The translations under genes and the position numbers were made by a program. DNA of 64,000 nt. It comes from a virus. Its lineage: Duplodnaviria > Heunggongvirae > Uroviricota > Caudoviricetes. This document shows, piece by piece, positions 20,493 to 29,127 of the stretch. The first letter of the stretch is position 1. Each line of letters opens with the position of its first letter. The stretch lies in IMG/VR virus record IMGVR_UViG_2791355382_000001, positions 1-64,000 of that record; one strand, written 5' to 3'. The notes beneath the pieces were generated by a model, which saw only the letters and a program-made list of their open reading frames with translations, was not told the origin of the DNA and did no database searches.

Positions 20493-20753
20493 ATGGCTGG
20501 AATCCTAGAATCAAAGATTGGTAAAAACTACCAATCAAACAAAAGTAATATTGATGAAAAAATCGCTAAGTCCAAGGAAAAACAAAAGCTGATAAACACT
20601 AAAGTCAGCACTAGCACTCTAAGAGAAATTAAATTCTTGAAACAAATCTGGGGATTGAAGTTTAATTACGAAGTCCTAGATGAGCTAGTAAAAAGAGTTC
20701 AACTTAGCGATGAAGAAAAGAAAAAATACGAAATTTTAAAAGAACTATTATAA
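20493..20753 (+). CDS. small partition partner protein (ParB/ParG-like, 86 aa)
   Basis: Begins 3 nt after the parA stop. Basic N-terminus. Typical small CBP of type Ib par loci. Confidence 0.5.
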   Translation: MAGILESKIGKNYQSNKSNIDEKIAKSKEKQKLINTKVSTSTLREIKFLKQIWGLKFNYEVLDELVKRVQLSDEEKKKYEILKELL

Positions 20754-20761
20754 AAGAGTTT

Positions 20762-20798
20762 GAGCCACACCTAGATCAGATGTGGCTTTTAGTTTGGT
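20762..20798 (+). terminator. rho-independent terminator after the par operon
   Basis: Hairpin GCCACACCTAGATCAGATGTGGC followed by TTTT. Confidence 0.6.
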
Positions 20799-21017
20799 TA
20801 TTTGTTGTGGCAAGCTTTATTAATGCAAATAAAAAACACCTATCAACTAGGTGCCTCGTACATGTCGACATTGTACAGAGTAGACAGTGCATTTCTGCCT
20901 GCGATTATATTATTACTATTTTTTCATTCAATTGTCAATAAAAAAGCTTGATCCACAGCTAGATGTAGCTATGGTTTTAGGTTTTAATATTTATATTTAA
21001 ATAAACGAATATATGAC

Positions 21018-21328
21018 CTGTCTTTGCCTATGTCATTCTGGCTAAGTTCAAAACCTTTCTTTTAGGAGTCTTACACCTATATCACTCAGTTAGGTTCAGA
21101 ACACAACTTTATCTTGAGAAATACGTTTCTTTGGTCTTACACCTATGTCATTTAACTTAGGTTCAGAATAAAGAATGACTTAAAAGTCCCTTATTTAAAG
21201 TCTTGCACCTATGCCATTTAACCAAAGTCTTGCACCTATGCCATTTAACCTAGGTTCAGAACGTGGCGGTAGCGAAAGCAACTCATACCAAGGTCTTGCA
21301 CCTACATCAATTCAACTAGGCTCAGAAC
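21018..21328. CRISPR. CRISPR-type array 1: 5 repeats of GTCTT(A/G)CACCTATG(T/C)CATTTAAC(C/T)TAGGTTCAGAAC (one truncated at 21200-21226) plus a degenerate distal repeat at 21018-21053
   Basis: Read directly. Repeats at 21068-21102, 21134-21169, 21200-21226 (truncated), 21227-21262 and 21293-21328. Unique 30-31-nt spacers at 21103-21133, 21170-21199 and 21263-21292. The conserved element begins at 21329. Confidence 0.85.
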
Positions 21329-21467
21329 CATTGTTTCCTAACCTATATTTAATTGTGACATAAGCTTCTTGGGAACTCTTCGGACTTGCGACACCTTACT
21401 GTTAGATTAACTAACTGGTATTGTAGAGGTTAAAGATATTGGCCAAGCTGTCGAGAACAAGCGTCCT
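21329..21467 (-). ncRNA. conserved array-adjacent element, copy A (CRISPR leader or omegaRNA/tracr-like scaffold); the only complete copy with no tRNA-like module
   Basis: About 140 nt, roughly 80-90% identical to copies at 22367-22506, 24668-24806, 25542-25690, 32192-32318 and 33375-33500. All end ...CCAAGCTGTCGAGAACAAGCGTCCT. Orientation is assumed from the copy abutting the TnpB-like gene. Confidence 0.6.
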
Positions 21468-22132
21468 TCAAATTTTATTATCTAACGCTCAAATAACACT
21501 TCAAACATGAGCTTTCACTCTGCTTATATGTGCTACCGCTTATTATGCGAACGTTTCAAAAGGTCTGAGCAACAAGGAGCTACCTTGCTACTTCCTTTTG
21601 CCTTAAATAACGTGGCTACTATGATAAGTACCAACTTTCAGGCAATCATTCAGAACTTTGTTTTTATTTTAATCTTAATTGTTGTATGTGGATTTCAAGT
21701 CCAAGACAACAATTACTGTCTGTAATCTTGATGCCATTGCCCTACTTGTTCTTGTTTCCGTTGTTATAGCTCAGTTTCCTAAGCGTCAAGGCAAACACTG
21801 TCTTTGGTTATTCCCATCTCACCACCTAGCTACCACCCTAAGCTGCCAATGGGTTATTCTCACACCGTGAGCGTCTATTTTATCCAGTGCCAACGGTCAA
21901 CAAAGCACTAACGTCACACACTTCCACATACGCACCAAACGTCCTAGCTTTTACCAGGTTTGATAGTTATTGCTAATAATCTCTCGACTTATCTAAGCTA
22001 TCACTCAGACTACATCTACTACGAATTACAGGTACATATCCGACAAGATTTGACTAAAACCCTTATGCAATCGGTTATGCTTGAAGCGTTATTTGAACGG
22101 TAAATAATTTCTGATTCTGGATCCTCTATATA

Positions 22133-22366
22133 GCCTTACACCTATGTCATTTAACCTAGATTCAGAACTTTTAGCAACGATGTCATAATCAGTTTTCTGT
22201 CTTGTACCTATGTCATTTAACTTAGGTTCAGAACTATATTATCCAGGACTTGGAGTTCAAGTAGGTCTTACACCTATGCCATTTAACTTAGGTTCAGAAC
22301 TACTCTCCAAATACCTTATTTCCACTACAAGTCTTACACCTATGCCATTTAACTTAGGTTCAGAAC
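22133..22366. CRISPR. CRISPR-type array 2 (4 repeats, 3 spacers of 30 nt)
   Basis: Repeats at 22133-22168 (distal variant GCCTTACA...), 22199-22234, 22265-22300 and 22331-22366. Spacers at 22169-22198, 22235-22264 and 22301-22330. Confidence 0.9.
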
Positions 22367-22506
22367 CTTTGTTTTCTAACCTATATTTAATTGTGACACA
22401 AGTTTCTTGGGAACTCTTCAGACTTGCGATGTCTTACCGTTAAATTAACCATCGACACACCGTAGAGGTTAAAGATGTTTACCAAGCTGTCGAGAACAAG
22501 CGTCCT
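22367..22506 (-). ncRNA. conserved array-adjacent element, copy B. It lies directly downstream of the TnpB-like gene's 3' end, separated only by the tRNA-like module
   Basis: Conserved sequence. Its array-proximal roughly 35 nt (TTTTCTAACCTATATTTAATTGTGACACAAG) resemble a degenerate repeat. Together with 22511..22571 it forms an omegaRNA-like 3' unit of the TnpB-like gene. Confidence 0.6.
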
Positions 22507-22510
22507 CCTA

Positions 22511-22571
22511 TAACGATGGCAGGAGTTGAACCTGCATCTGTTACCTTGCCTTACCGTTAGGCTACATCGCT
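22511..22571 (-). ncRNA. tRNA-like minihelix lacking the anticodon arm; overlaps the last 15 nt of the TnpB-like CDS
   Basis: Minus-strand read: acceptor stem AGCGATG/CATCGTT, D-arm GCCT-AACGGTA-AGGC, a 13-nt linker in place of the anticodon stem-loop, a canonical T-arm GCAGG-TTCAACT-CCTGC, discriminator A, and no encoded CCA. Confidence 0.6.
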
Positions 22572-24044
22572 ACTTGTTTCTTCTTTAGGTGTGGTTTTAT
22601 TTTTAGCTCCACACTTAGTACATGTCCACTTTTCATCTTGTGTGATAACCGTACGTTCATGCCCACATTTCTTGCAAGTATCATTCATCTTATCAAGCAA
22701 GTCTAAACCTTCATCTAAGATGTTTTTAGCTGCGTTAATATCTTGATCGTGGTGTGAATTACAGATAGGACAAGTCCACTTACGGTCGCTTAATTTAAGG
22801 TTGTGCTTAATGTAACCACAAGTATGGCAACGCTTTGAAGTTGGTGACCAACGATCAATAAACACAATCTTTTTATCAGCCCAGTCCATCATGTAAGTGA
22901 GCGTATCTCTAATTTCACGAAAGTTTGATCTAGTGATTGCTCTAGCACGGTATTTGTTCTTTTCCATGTCTGAAACAGCTAGGTCTTCCATAACGATTAC
23001 ATCATATTCATTAGCAAGCTTTGAACATGTCTTTTTAATATAGTCTTTCTTTAAGTTTTTAATACGTAAATGTAACTTAGCAATCTTCTTTTTGTTCTTT
23101 TGGTAATTGCTACGTTCAGCCAATGTAGGAACATGCTTTGGAATTAAGGCTTTTTTATTGTCTTCTTCAATGATTGCAACCTCTTTTTTCCATTGTTCAT
23201 ACTTGCGACTACGCTTTACGTTTTCTTTTTCAATCTTTTGTTCTAATTTTCTGATTTTGTCATATGGCAATTGGTATCTAGTACCATCTTGTAAAACAAT
23301 ATGACTGTTACCTGTTACGTTTAAGTCAATACCAGCTGCTAAACCAGTTCTAGGACGTTTTACTGTATGCTCAGCTTGTTCAAACACAAATGATACATAC
23401 CAAGTATCGCTGGATTCATGCTTAATTGTTACTTTATACAAACGTCCGTCACTAGGATAGTGATTAGCCATCTCAATTAAGCCTAACTTAAATCTTTTCA
23501 ATTTACCTACTCTAAGGTGCTTGCCGTCTTCACTGATTTCACAAACATGAGCGCCTGAGGTATAACTACCTTGATTTTCAACGTCCATTGTTGTTTTAAA
23601 CCTAGGAATACCAAAGTGTCTAGGGTTTTTCAAATGGTTGCTCATCGCTGTTTTTAAAGTACGTAAAGTGTAACTATACATGCTAGTATCAGCGTCTTTT
23701 AAAGTCCAACCACTTTCAAACACAGTTTCATCAGCATCGTAAATAGCCTTAGTCGAAAGTCCACGTAAACCTTTGAACAAATCACGTTGCTCTTCCCATG
23801 ACATTCTTTCAATGCGTTTATAAACTTCTTTACTTTGTTTGTTCCTAGGTAAAGCTTGAACTTCATCTAACTCACTAACTGGCTTATAAACTTCAGCTAG
23901 TAATGCGTTCCACATCTTGATATTAGCAAACATATTAAACGTTAAATATGCTTGTTGATCCTTAGTAGGATAAATTCTAATTCTACGACTTTCTAAAACT
24001 TTTTCTTCCATTTTTCTACAACTCCTTTTAAAATACCAATGCAA
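22557..24044 (-). CDS. tnpB: TnpB/Cas12-like RuvC nuclease, enlarged (495 aa) with an extra C-terminal zinc ribbon
   Basis: N-terminal RIRIYPTKDQQAYL (TnpB WED/REC signature). RuvC-I AAGIDLN, RuvC-II VIVMEDLAVSDM, Zn finger CHTCGYIKHNLKLSDRKWTCPIC, RuvC-III HDQDINAAKNI, and an additional CKKCGH...CTKCG ribbon. The REC-like region before RuvC-I is about 245 aa, longer than canonical TnpB. Confidence 0.85.
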   Translation of the reverse strand: MHWYFKRSCRKMEEKVLESRRIRIYPTKDQQAYLTFNMFANIKMWNALLAEVYKPVSELDEVQALPRNKQSKEVYKRIERMSWEEQRDLFKGLRGLSTKAIYDADETVFESGWTLKDADTSMYSYTLRTLKTAMSNHLKNPRHFGIPRFKTTMDVENQGSYTSGAHVCEISEDGKHLRVGKLKRFKLGLIEMANHYPSDGRLYKVTIKHESSDTWYVSFVFEQAEHTVKRPRTGLAAGIDLNVTGNSHIVLQDGTRYQLPYDKIRKLEQKIEKENVKRSRKYEQWKKEVAIIEEDNKKALIPKHVPTLAERSNYQKNKKKIAKLHLRIKNLKKDYIKKTCSKLANEYDVIVMEDLAVSDMEKNKYRARAITRSNFREIRDTLTYMMDWADKKIVFIDRWSPTSKRCHTCGYIKHNLKLSDRKWTCPICNSHHDQDINAAKNILDEGLDLLDKMNDTCKKCGHERTVITQDEKWTCTKCGAKNKTTPKEETSSDVA

Positions 24045-24119
24045 TTTATGTATAATCTTTTGGCTGACTACACTACATTAACCTTCCACAACGGACGTCT
24101 TTATTTGTGCTATCAGCAC

Positions 24120-24215
24120 TTTTTTGGGAACTCTTCAACAAAGAAAAGCAACCTGCAATTCTTTGCTTGCGAAGATGTTTACCAAACTGTGAAGAGCAAG
24201 CACCCTCCTATAACG
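24120..24215 (-). ncRNA. partial copy C' of the conserved element (tRNA-proximal about 95 nt only), immediately upstream of the TnpB-like gene's 5' end
   Basis: Keeps GGGAACTCTTC...GATGTTTACCAAACTGTGAAGAGCAAGCACCCT but lacks the array-proximal repeat-like part. Confidence 0.45.
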
Positions 24216-24272
24216 ATGGTAGGAATCGAACCTACGTCGCCTCGCTTTGCTCTGCCATTGAGCTACATCGTT
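24211..24272 (-). ncRNA. tRNA-like minihelix lacking the anticodon arm (copy C)
   Basis: Minus-strand read: AACGATG-TA-GCTC-AATGGCA-GAGC-A-[13 nt AAGCGAGGCGAC...]-GTAGG-TTCGATT-CCTAC-CATCGTT-A. Canonical D- and T-arms with a 13-nt linker instead of the anticodon arm. Confidence 0.6.
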
Positions 24273-24302
24273 ATTTTGACTTTAATTAAGCCCATGATTT
24301 CA

Positions 24303-24667
24303 GTCTTACACCTATGTCATTTAACCTAGGTTCAGAACTGTGAATTATAATCACTCACATAAACGTGAGTCTTACACCTATGTCAATTCAACTAGGTTCA
24401 GAATCCAAGTCGGCTTGTGAGTGTATGGAAGATAGTCTTACACCTATGTCATTTAAACTAGGTTCAGAACGATCTCCCAAGCGAAGGAATCGAAGGCATG
24501 GTCTTACACCTATGTCATTTAAACTAGGTTCAGAACTATGCTCTAAAGCTCTGAATGTTTTTCTTGGTCTTACACCTATGTCATTTAACTTAGGTTAAGA
24601 ACGTAGGACTGTCATACCTATTCCCAATACGAGTCTTACACCTATGTCATTCAACTAGGTTCAGAAC
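24303..24667. CRISPR. CRISPR-type array 3 (6 repeats, 5 spacers of 30 nt)
   Basis: Repeats at 24303-24338, 24369-24404, 24435-24470, 24501-24536, 24567-24602 and 24633-24667 (the last is a 35-nt variant). All spacers are unique. Confidence 0.9.
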
Positions 24668-24806
24668 CATTGTTTCCTAAACTATATTTAATTGTGACAT
24701 AAGCTTCTTGGGAACTCTTCAGACTTGCGATGTCTTATTGCTAGATTAACTAACTGACAACGTAGAGGTTAAAGATGTTTACCAAGCTGTCGAGAACAAG
24801 CGTCCT
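24668..24806 (-). ncRNA. conserved array-adjacent element, copy D
   Basis: Sequence conservation with the other copies. A tRNA-like minihelix follows at 24811-24858. Confidence 0.6.
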
Positions 24807-24810
24807 CCTA

Positions 24811-25095
24811 TAGGCACTAGTGGAATTGAACCACTATTACAGTAACCATACGTGCCAACCTACAATAAATATAAAGGAGATGCAGGCATAAATTCCTGCG
24901 ATAGATACAATGTACGCAGGGGTTAAGGAGAAACCCCCTATTAGCACTGGTAGAATCGAACTACCACTAAGCAACCATGCGTGCTAACCTTGAGTAAATC
25001 ATTCAGTACAATCACACCGCCGCCACGAACCCTAGATGGCGGCAATAAGCATAGCTAGAATCGAACTAACTTTTATTCCAAAATGCTTAGATTTG
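24811..25095 (-). repeat. cluster of three tRNA-like minihelices (T-arm plus acceptor stem; 24811-24858, 24939-24990, 25045-25088) with GC hairpin GCCGCCACGAACCCTAGATGGCGGC at 25018-25042
   Basis: On the minus strand each reads GGCAC...[about 15 nt]...TGGTAG-TTCGATT-CTACCA...GTGCC, i.e. a T-loop consensus GTTCGATTC closed by a 5-7-bp acceptor-like stem. The 25045-25088 unit plus the GC hairpin is repeated at 33040-33120. Confidence 0.5.
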
Positions 25096-25109
25096 CTAAG
25101 TCATGATAA

Positions 25110-25541
25110 GTCTTACACCTATGCCAATTCAACTAGGTTCAGAACTAGTATATATGCAGATGAGCCGCTAGTACTGTCTTCAACCTATGTCATTTAGCCT
25201 AGGTTCAGAACAGGACTTCACCACCGTCTTCTAACTTTCGCGTCTTATACCTATGTCATTTAACCTAGGTTCAGAACAAAACTTGTTTACGATGCCCTCA
25301 CTACTAAGTCTTGCACCTATGTCATTTAACCTAGGTTCAGAACTATCAGCTCCAGGGAATTCAGCAGAGCCACGTCTTGCACCTATGTCATTTAACCTAG
25401 GTTCAGAACTAAAAACGATGAAAGCGATAGATGATTTCGGTCTTGCACCTATGTCATTTAACCTAGGTTCAGAACATAATATTATTGCCCAAAACGCTGC
25501 GTTCTGTCTTGCACCTATGTCATTTAACCTAGGTTCAGAAC
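25110..25541. CRISPR. CRISPR-type array 4 (7 repeats, 6 spacers of 30 nt)
   Basis: Repeats at 25110-25145, 25176-25211, 25242-25277, 25308-25343, 25374-25409, 25440-25475 and 25506-25541. Spacers are unique. Confidence 0.9.
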
Positions 25542-25690
25542 CGTTATTTTCTAACATATATTTAATTGTGACATAAGTTTCTTGGGAACTCTTCAGACTT
25601 GCATAATCGTAAACAAACTAATGCAATTTGCGATTATACAGAGGCCGAAGATATTAACCAAGCTGTCAAGAACAAGCGTCCTCCAAATAG
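25542..25690 (-). ncRNA. conserved array-adjacent element, copy E
   Basis: Sequence conservation; the central part diverges (CATAATCGTAAACAAACTAATGCAATTTGCGATTATACAGAGG, similar to copy F). Followed by a tRNA-like minihelix at about 25696-25744. Confidence 0.55.
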
Positions 25691-25695
25691 CGATG

Positions 25696-25744
25696 GCAGG
25701 AGTTGCACCTGCATTGATCTACCGTTTGGCATCGCTACACATAA
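25696..25744 (-). ncRNA. tRNA-like minihelix (copy E): acceptor AGCGATG/CATCGCT, a D-loop-like remnant, T-arm GCAGG-TGCAACT-CCTGC
   Basis: Minus-strand reading; no anticodon arm. Confidence 0.5.
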
Positions 25745-26476
25745 AATGTACATAAATGAATAAAGATAAAGTTAAGATTATAAGGCTTGTGCTAATGCTT
25801 ACAGGAACGATAGAGGCTTACATGTAGTTTACTGATGTCCCTGTAGGCTTAACCCTTTGCCTTACGTTTATTATAATACACTATCTCACACTCTAAGTCA
25901 AATGTTTTTGTATACTTTTTTAAAATAAAATTCGAAAAAGTTAAAAAATAAAAAAAGCCACAAGCCTAGGTAACCCTAGATGTGACTTTCTTAACTAGAG
26001 CGAAACAAACATTAAGGAGCCTCAACTGTTTTTCGCTAGTTCTATTTTAACATAAACACTAACGTTTACAATTATCCTAATGTTTGTTTTATCATCAGTT
26101 TCTTTAACCATCTTAAAACGCTTCCTTTAATTGTTTTTCTTTACTTTTGGATCCATGCCATGTATTATTGTATATGAAAAGAGGACAAACAGGTCGCAAC
26201 TGTTTGCCCTCGAGCGTGAATGTTTAAGGCTATTGTGTGTTGGCTAATTATGATTACTTAAAATCATGATTAGCTTTTTTTATTATCCAATACGCAACGG
26301 CAACGTCTATTGTAAATAATTATGCGTAAACCTAGAAAAAGCTTGAATATCATAAAAAAAGGCTATATACTGAAAGTGTGTCGTATCAGTATATAGCCTT
26401 GTTCCTAGCCTATTTTCTAGGAACTTTTTTTTATTTATAACCAAGCATCGCACAAACGAATATCTAGTCCTTCTTC

Positions 26477-26592
26477 CTACTTTTTTTCTTGCATTTTAGC
26501 AACTTTTGCTTCAGCTTCTTCGATGGAATTAGCATTAATAATTACATTTTCGTGGACTTTACCATCTACTATATCTATTTGATACCAAGACA
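26477..26592 (-). CDS. small ORF (38 aa; MSWYQIDIVDGKVHENVIINANSIEEAEAKVAKMQEKK)
   Basis: Has an RBS GGAAGGAG. A truncated paralogue (MGWYQIDVVDGKVQ...) with the same RBS sits at 28283-28345, so the two copies bracket iscB. Confidence 0.35.
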
Positions 26593-26711
26593 TATTTCTT
26601 CACTCCTTCCCAGTCGTGTTCAATAATAATTTGGTGAGAAGTAGGATAGCCTTAGCTTGCTTAAAACAAGCTGAACTCACCACACTTCTTTTTTTATATA
26701 ATATTATTAAT

Positions 26712-28031
26712 CTATCCCATAGCATATTGCTTTTCAGTAATTGCTTGTTTTTGCCAATTATTATGATGCGATAATCTATCTAACTTAGATAAAGCCACTT
26801 TCCTATATCTATCAGATGTTGTTAGATAATTACCAAATATATCTTTAATATAACAAGACGATTGACTAAATCCACTAATATAACCTTTCTTGTTACTATC
26901 CTTGATTCTGACATAATCATTAAGCCAAAAACCTTTGGCATATTTAGTATTTCTAGCGTTTCTTTTACTTGTTATATTAGGTGTCTTACGACCCTTACGT
27001 GCCGTAGCCTCATGTAAGGAACGCTTTTTCTTTCTAAATTGCTTAAACATCATAATGCTAGTTGGTTTTGCTTTGATTTTTTTAATGCCACTAATTGCTA
27101 CAGCGTCATTATAGTGGGACTTGGTTAATTCTAAATCGACTCGCTGTAATGTTGTCCATGCTCCATACTGAAATTTAGCTTGTGGGAAAGAAGTAAATAG
27201 TCTTCTTCTTAGAATGTTCATGAAAGTCGCACCTTTATAAGACTTGTTGACTTTCTTTTTATCCTTACACCACTTAGCTAAGATTCCACTTTGATGGTTT
27301 TTAGTTGTATGACACTTAGAACATACGGTAATTAGATTATCTATGGTATTAGTTCCACCTAAGGAGCGATAGATAATATGGTGGATTTTGAGTTTACCAC
27401 CCTTTTTTTTACATACTTGACAAGTATAGTTATCTCTAGCCAAAACAAATTGTTTAACAGTTTGATAACCGTATAAATCACCTTGCTGATAACCCTCACC
27501 ATTTATTGCTGGATTCTTCATTTTTTGCATATCAAACTTACCAACTTCGATATGTAAATCAGCTTTAGGTAGAACTGATAATAATCTTTTTATCCAGTTG
27601 ATATTATGGTTAACCTTACTTGCCACTGATGGTGGCAACCAGTTATCTTTTTTACTAGCTATACGGTTTAAAAACCTCGCTTTACGATAACGTGTCTTAC
27701 GATTACGTCGACTTCTACGGTATATTCTTCTAGTATCTATCAGTTTTTTAACATCTTGTCTTAACTCTACTTCGCCTTGAAATAAGACTTTATCTTGGCT
27801 TGTAACAGCTAAACCAATATGTCGTTGACCGCTATCAATTCCAATACTTACATCTTGTTTATAGCCAGTTGAACCATATAAGAGCTGAATGGTAAAAGGC
27901 TCTTTTTTTAAGACTTTTGCTTTACCATCTCTCAACAAAATTCTAGCTTTTCTAGGTTTACATGGCATTAGTGCTTTACCATGTTTATTAATGACAAAAA
28001 CTCGGTTTTGCATAGTTTGTACTCCTTCCAT
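26712..28031 (-). CDS. iscB: IscB (OMEGA RNA-guided nuclease; RuvC split by an HNH insert, N-terminal PLMP domain)
   Basis: PLMP motif KALMPCKPRKARILLRDGKAKV. RuvC-I SIGIDSGQRHIGLAV. HNH HHIIYRSLGGTNTIDNLITVCSKCH with flanking CQVC and CSKCH. RuvC-III KSHYNDAVAISGI. Confidence 0.85.
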   Translation of the reverse strand: MEGVQTMQNRVFVINKHGKALMPCKPRKARILLRDGKAKVLKKEPFTIQLLYGSTGYKQDVSIGIDSGQRHIGLAVTSQDKVLFQGEVELRQDVKKLIDTRRIYRRSRRNRKTRYRKARFLNRIASKKDNWLPPSVASKVNHNINWIKRLLSVLPKADLHIEVGKFDMQKMKNPAINGEGYQQGDLYGYQTVKQFVLARDNYTCQVCKKKGGKLKIHHIIYRSLGGTNTIDNLITVCSKCHTTKNHQSGILAKWCKDKKKVNKSYKGATFMNILRRRLFTSFPQAKFQYGAWTTLQRVDLELTKSHYNDAVAISGIKKIKAKPTSIMMFKQFRKKKRSLHEATARKGRKTPNITSKRNARNTKYAKGFWLNDYVRIKDSNKKGYISGFSQSSCYIKDIFGNYLTTSDRYRKVALSKLDRLSHHNNWQKQAITEKQYAMG

Positions 28032-28330
28032 TTTTTATAAGGTATCTATGACCTTATCACGTATTTATCAGAGTTAATAAATACATGTTCTTACCCTTCG
28101 ACAATGTTATCTCAGCTTATAAACAAGGTTGACTAGCACATTAACCTTATGCTTGTTTACAGAGCCTTCATAGAGCTAGAAACTAGGGTATCATTTCTAG
28201 GTATGATCACTGAAATAACGTAGTTACTTAAAACTTAGTCTAGACAACAAGGCTTGTAGTTTATTGCTACAAGTCACCTACTTTAGTAGGTGGTTACTGT
28301 TGACTGCACTTTTCCGTCTACCACGTCGAT
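28032..28330 (-). ncRNA. candidate IscB omegaRNA region (upstream of iscB, same strand)
   Basis: The position matches known IscB omegaRNAs (5' of iscB). Contains stable hairpins (CTAGAAACTAGGGTATCATTTCTAG; TAGGTGGTTACTGTTGACTGCACTTTTCCGTCTACCAC). Called from position and structure only. Confidence 0.3.
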
Positions 28331-29105
28331 TTGGTACCAACCCATATTTCTTCACTCCTTCCAAGCCGTTTTCAAAGTATTTAAAGCGTTCGTAATAGCT
28401 TAAGTATCGGCTCTTTTTAACTTCTAAATTTCTAGGGTTAACTTTTAGTTTAGCTACCCAATCACCCTTACGTTGATAGTTACTACAGATGTGTATGTTT
28501 TCTTGTGGATCATCATCTTTAACGTAAGGCATACCTACATGTTCAAGCGTAATGTCTTTTAAGCCAAACTTAGTAGCGTAGAATCCATGTTCAATTCGGC
28601 CACGATAAGTGCCTACCATCGCAGTAAAATGAATGGTATCACCAACTGAGATGTAAATAGTTTGATCATCGTTGCCTTCAAAGTTGGTAATATCAGAAAA
28701 TCTAATCCATAAATGAGTGGCTAGTTTTCTGAACATATCAACTCTAGTTGCACCTTGCGTGTACTTGTATTCACTGAAATACGATTGTTCAACCAACAGT
28801 TGGCTATTCCATGGATCTTCAGGATCAATTTTAATGTCAGACACGATTGCAAATACGTCTAATTTAGTGTTGACGTAATCTTGTAAAACAAAGCGACTAG
28901 AGCTTTTTTCAGGCTTTGTTTGTAGTAAGAGTGCAGCTGTAGCTATTCTAGCTTGATTAGCATTTTGCTTGACTTCCTTGTAACCACTTAGGATAAAACC
29001 AAACGGTGAATGGTGCTTATCAGCGGTTGGAATTTTAGGAACAGCTTGCTTTTGCTCTTGTTTTTTATCTTTCTTTAAGCGTTTAATATACTTCTTTTTG
29101 TCCAT
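28278..29105 (-). CDS. hypothetical protein (275 aa), downstream partner of the Panacea-domain gene; putative toxin
   Basis: ORF 22 nt downstream of the Panacea-domain gene in the same operon. No motif recognised. Confidence 0.4.
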   Translation of the reverse strand: MDKKKYIKRLKKDKKQEQKQAVPKIPTADKHHSPFGFILSGYKEVKQNANQARIATAALLLQTKPEKSSSRFVLQDYVNTKLDVFAIVSDIKIDPEDPWNSQLLVEQSYFSEYKYTQGATRVDMFRKLATHLWIRFSDITNFEGNDDQTIYISVGDTIHFTAMVGTYRGRIEHGFYATKFGLKDITLEHVGMPYVKDDDPQENIHICSNYQRKGDWVAKLKVNPRNLEVKKSRYLSYYERFKYFENGLEGVKKYGLVPNRRGRRKSAVNSNHLLK

Positions 29106-29127
29106 TAATCACCACTCCTTTTTTTAG

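Noticed and set aside
20820-20850. AAAAAACACCTATCAACTAGGTGCCTCG as an additional decayed CRISPR repeat upstream of array 1
   Set aside because: It resembles the repeat core (CACCTAT..CAACTAGGT) but is isolated, short and also forms a simple hairpin. Too weak to call.
21507-21870. ORFs 21507..21725 and 21679..21870 in the unit-A downstream segment
   Set aside because: No RBS, odd composition, overlapping each other. The region is more likely non-coding (see the finding on 21468-22132).
22210-25576. ORF-track calls inside the arrays (22210..22443, 24365..24598, 25231..25557, 25253..25576) with periodic PMSFNLGSE / EPRLNDIGAR motifs
   Set aside because: The periodic peptide motif is just the 36-nt repeat translated in frame on either strand. 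No RBS, and the spacers are unrelated. These are array sequence, not genes.
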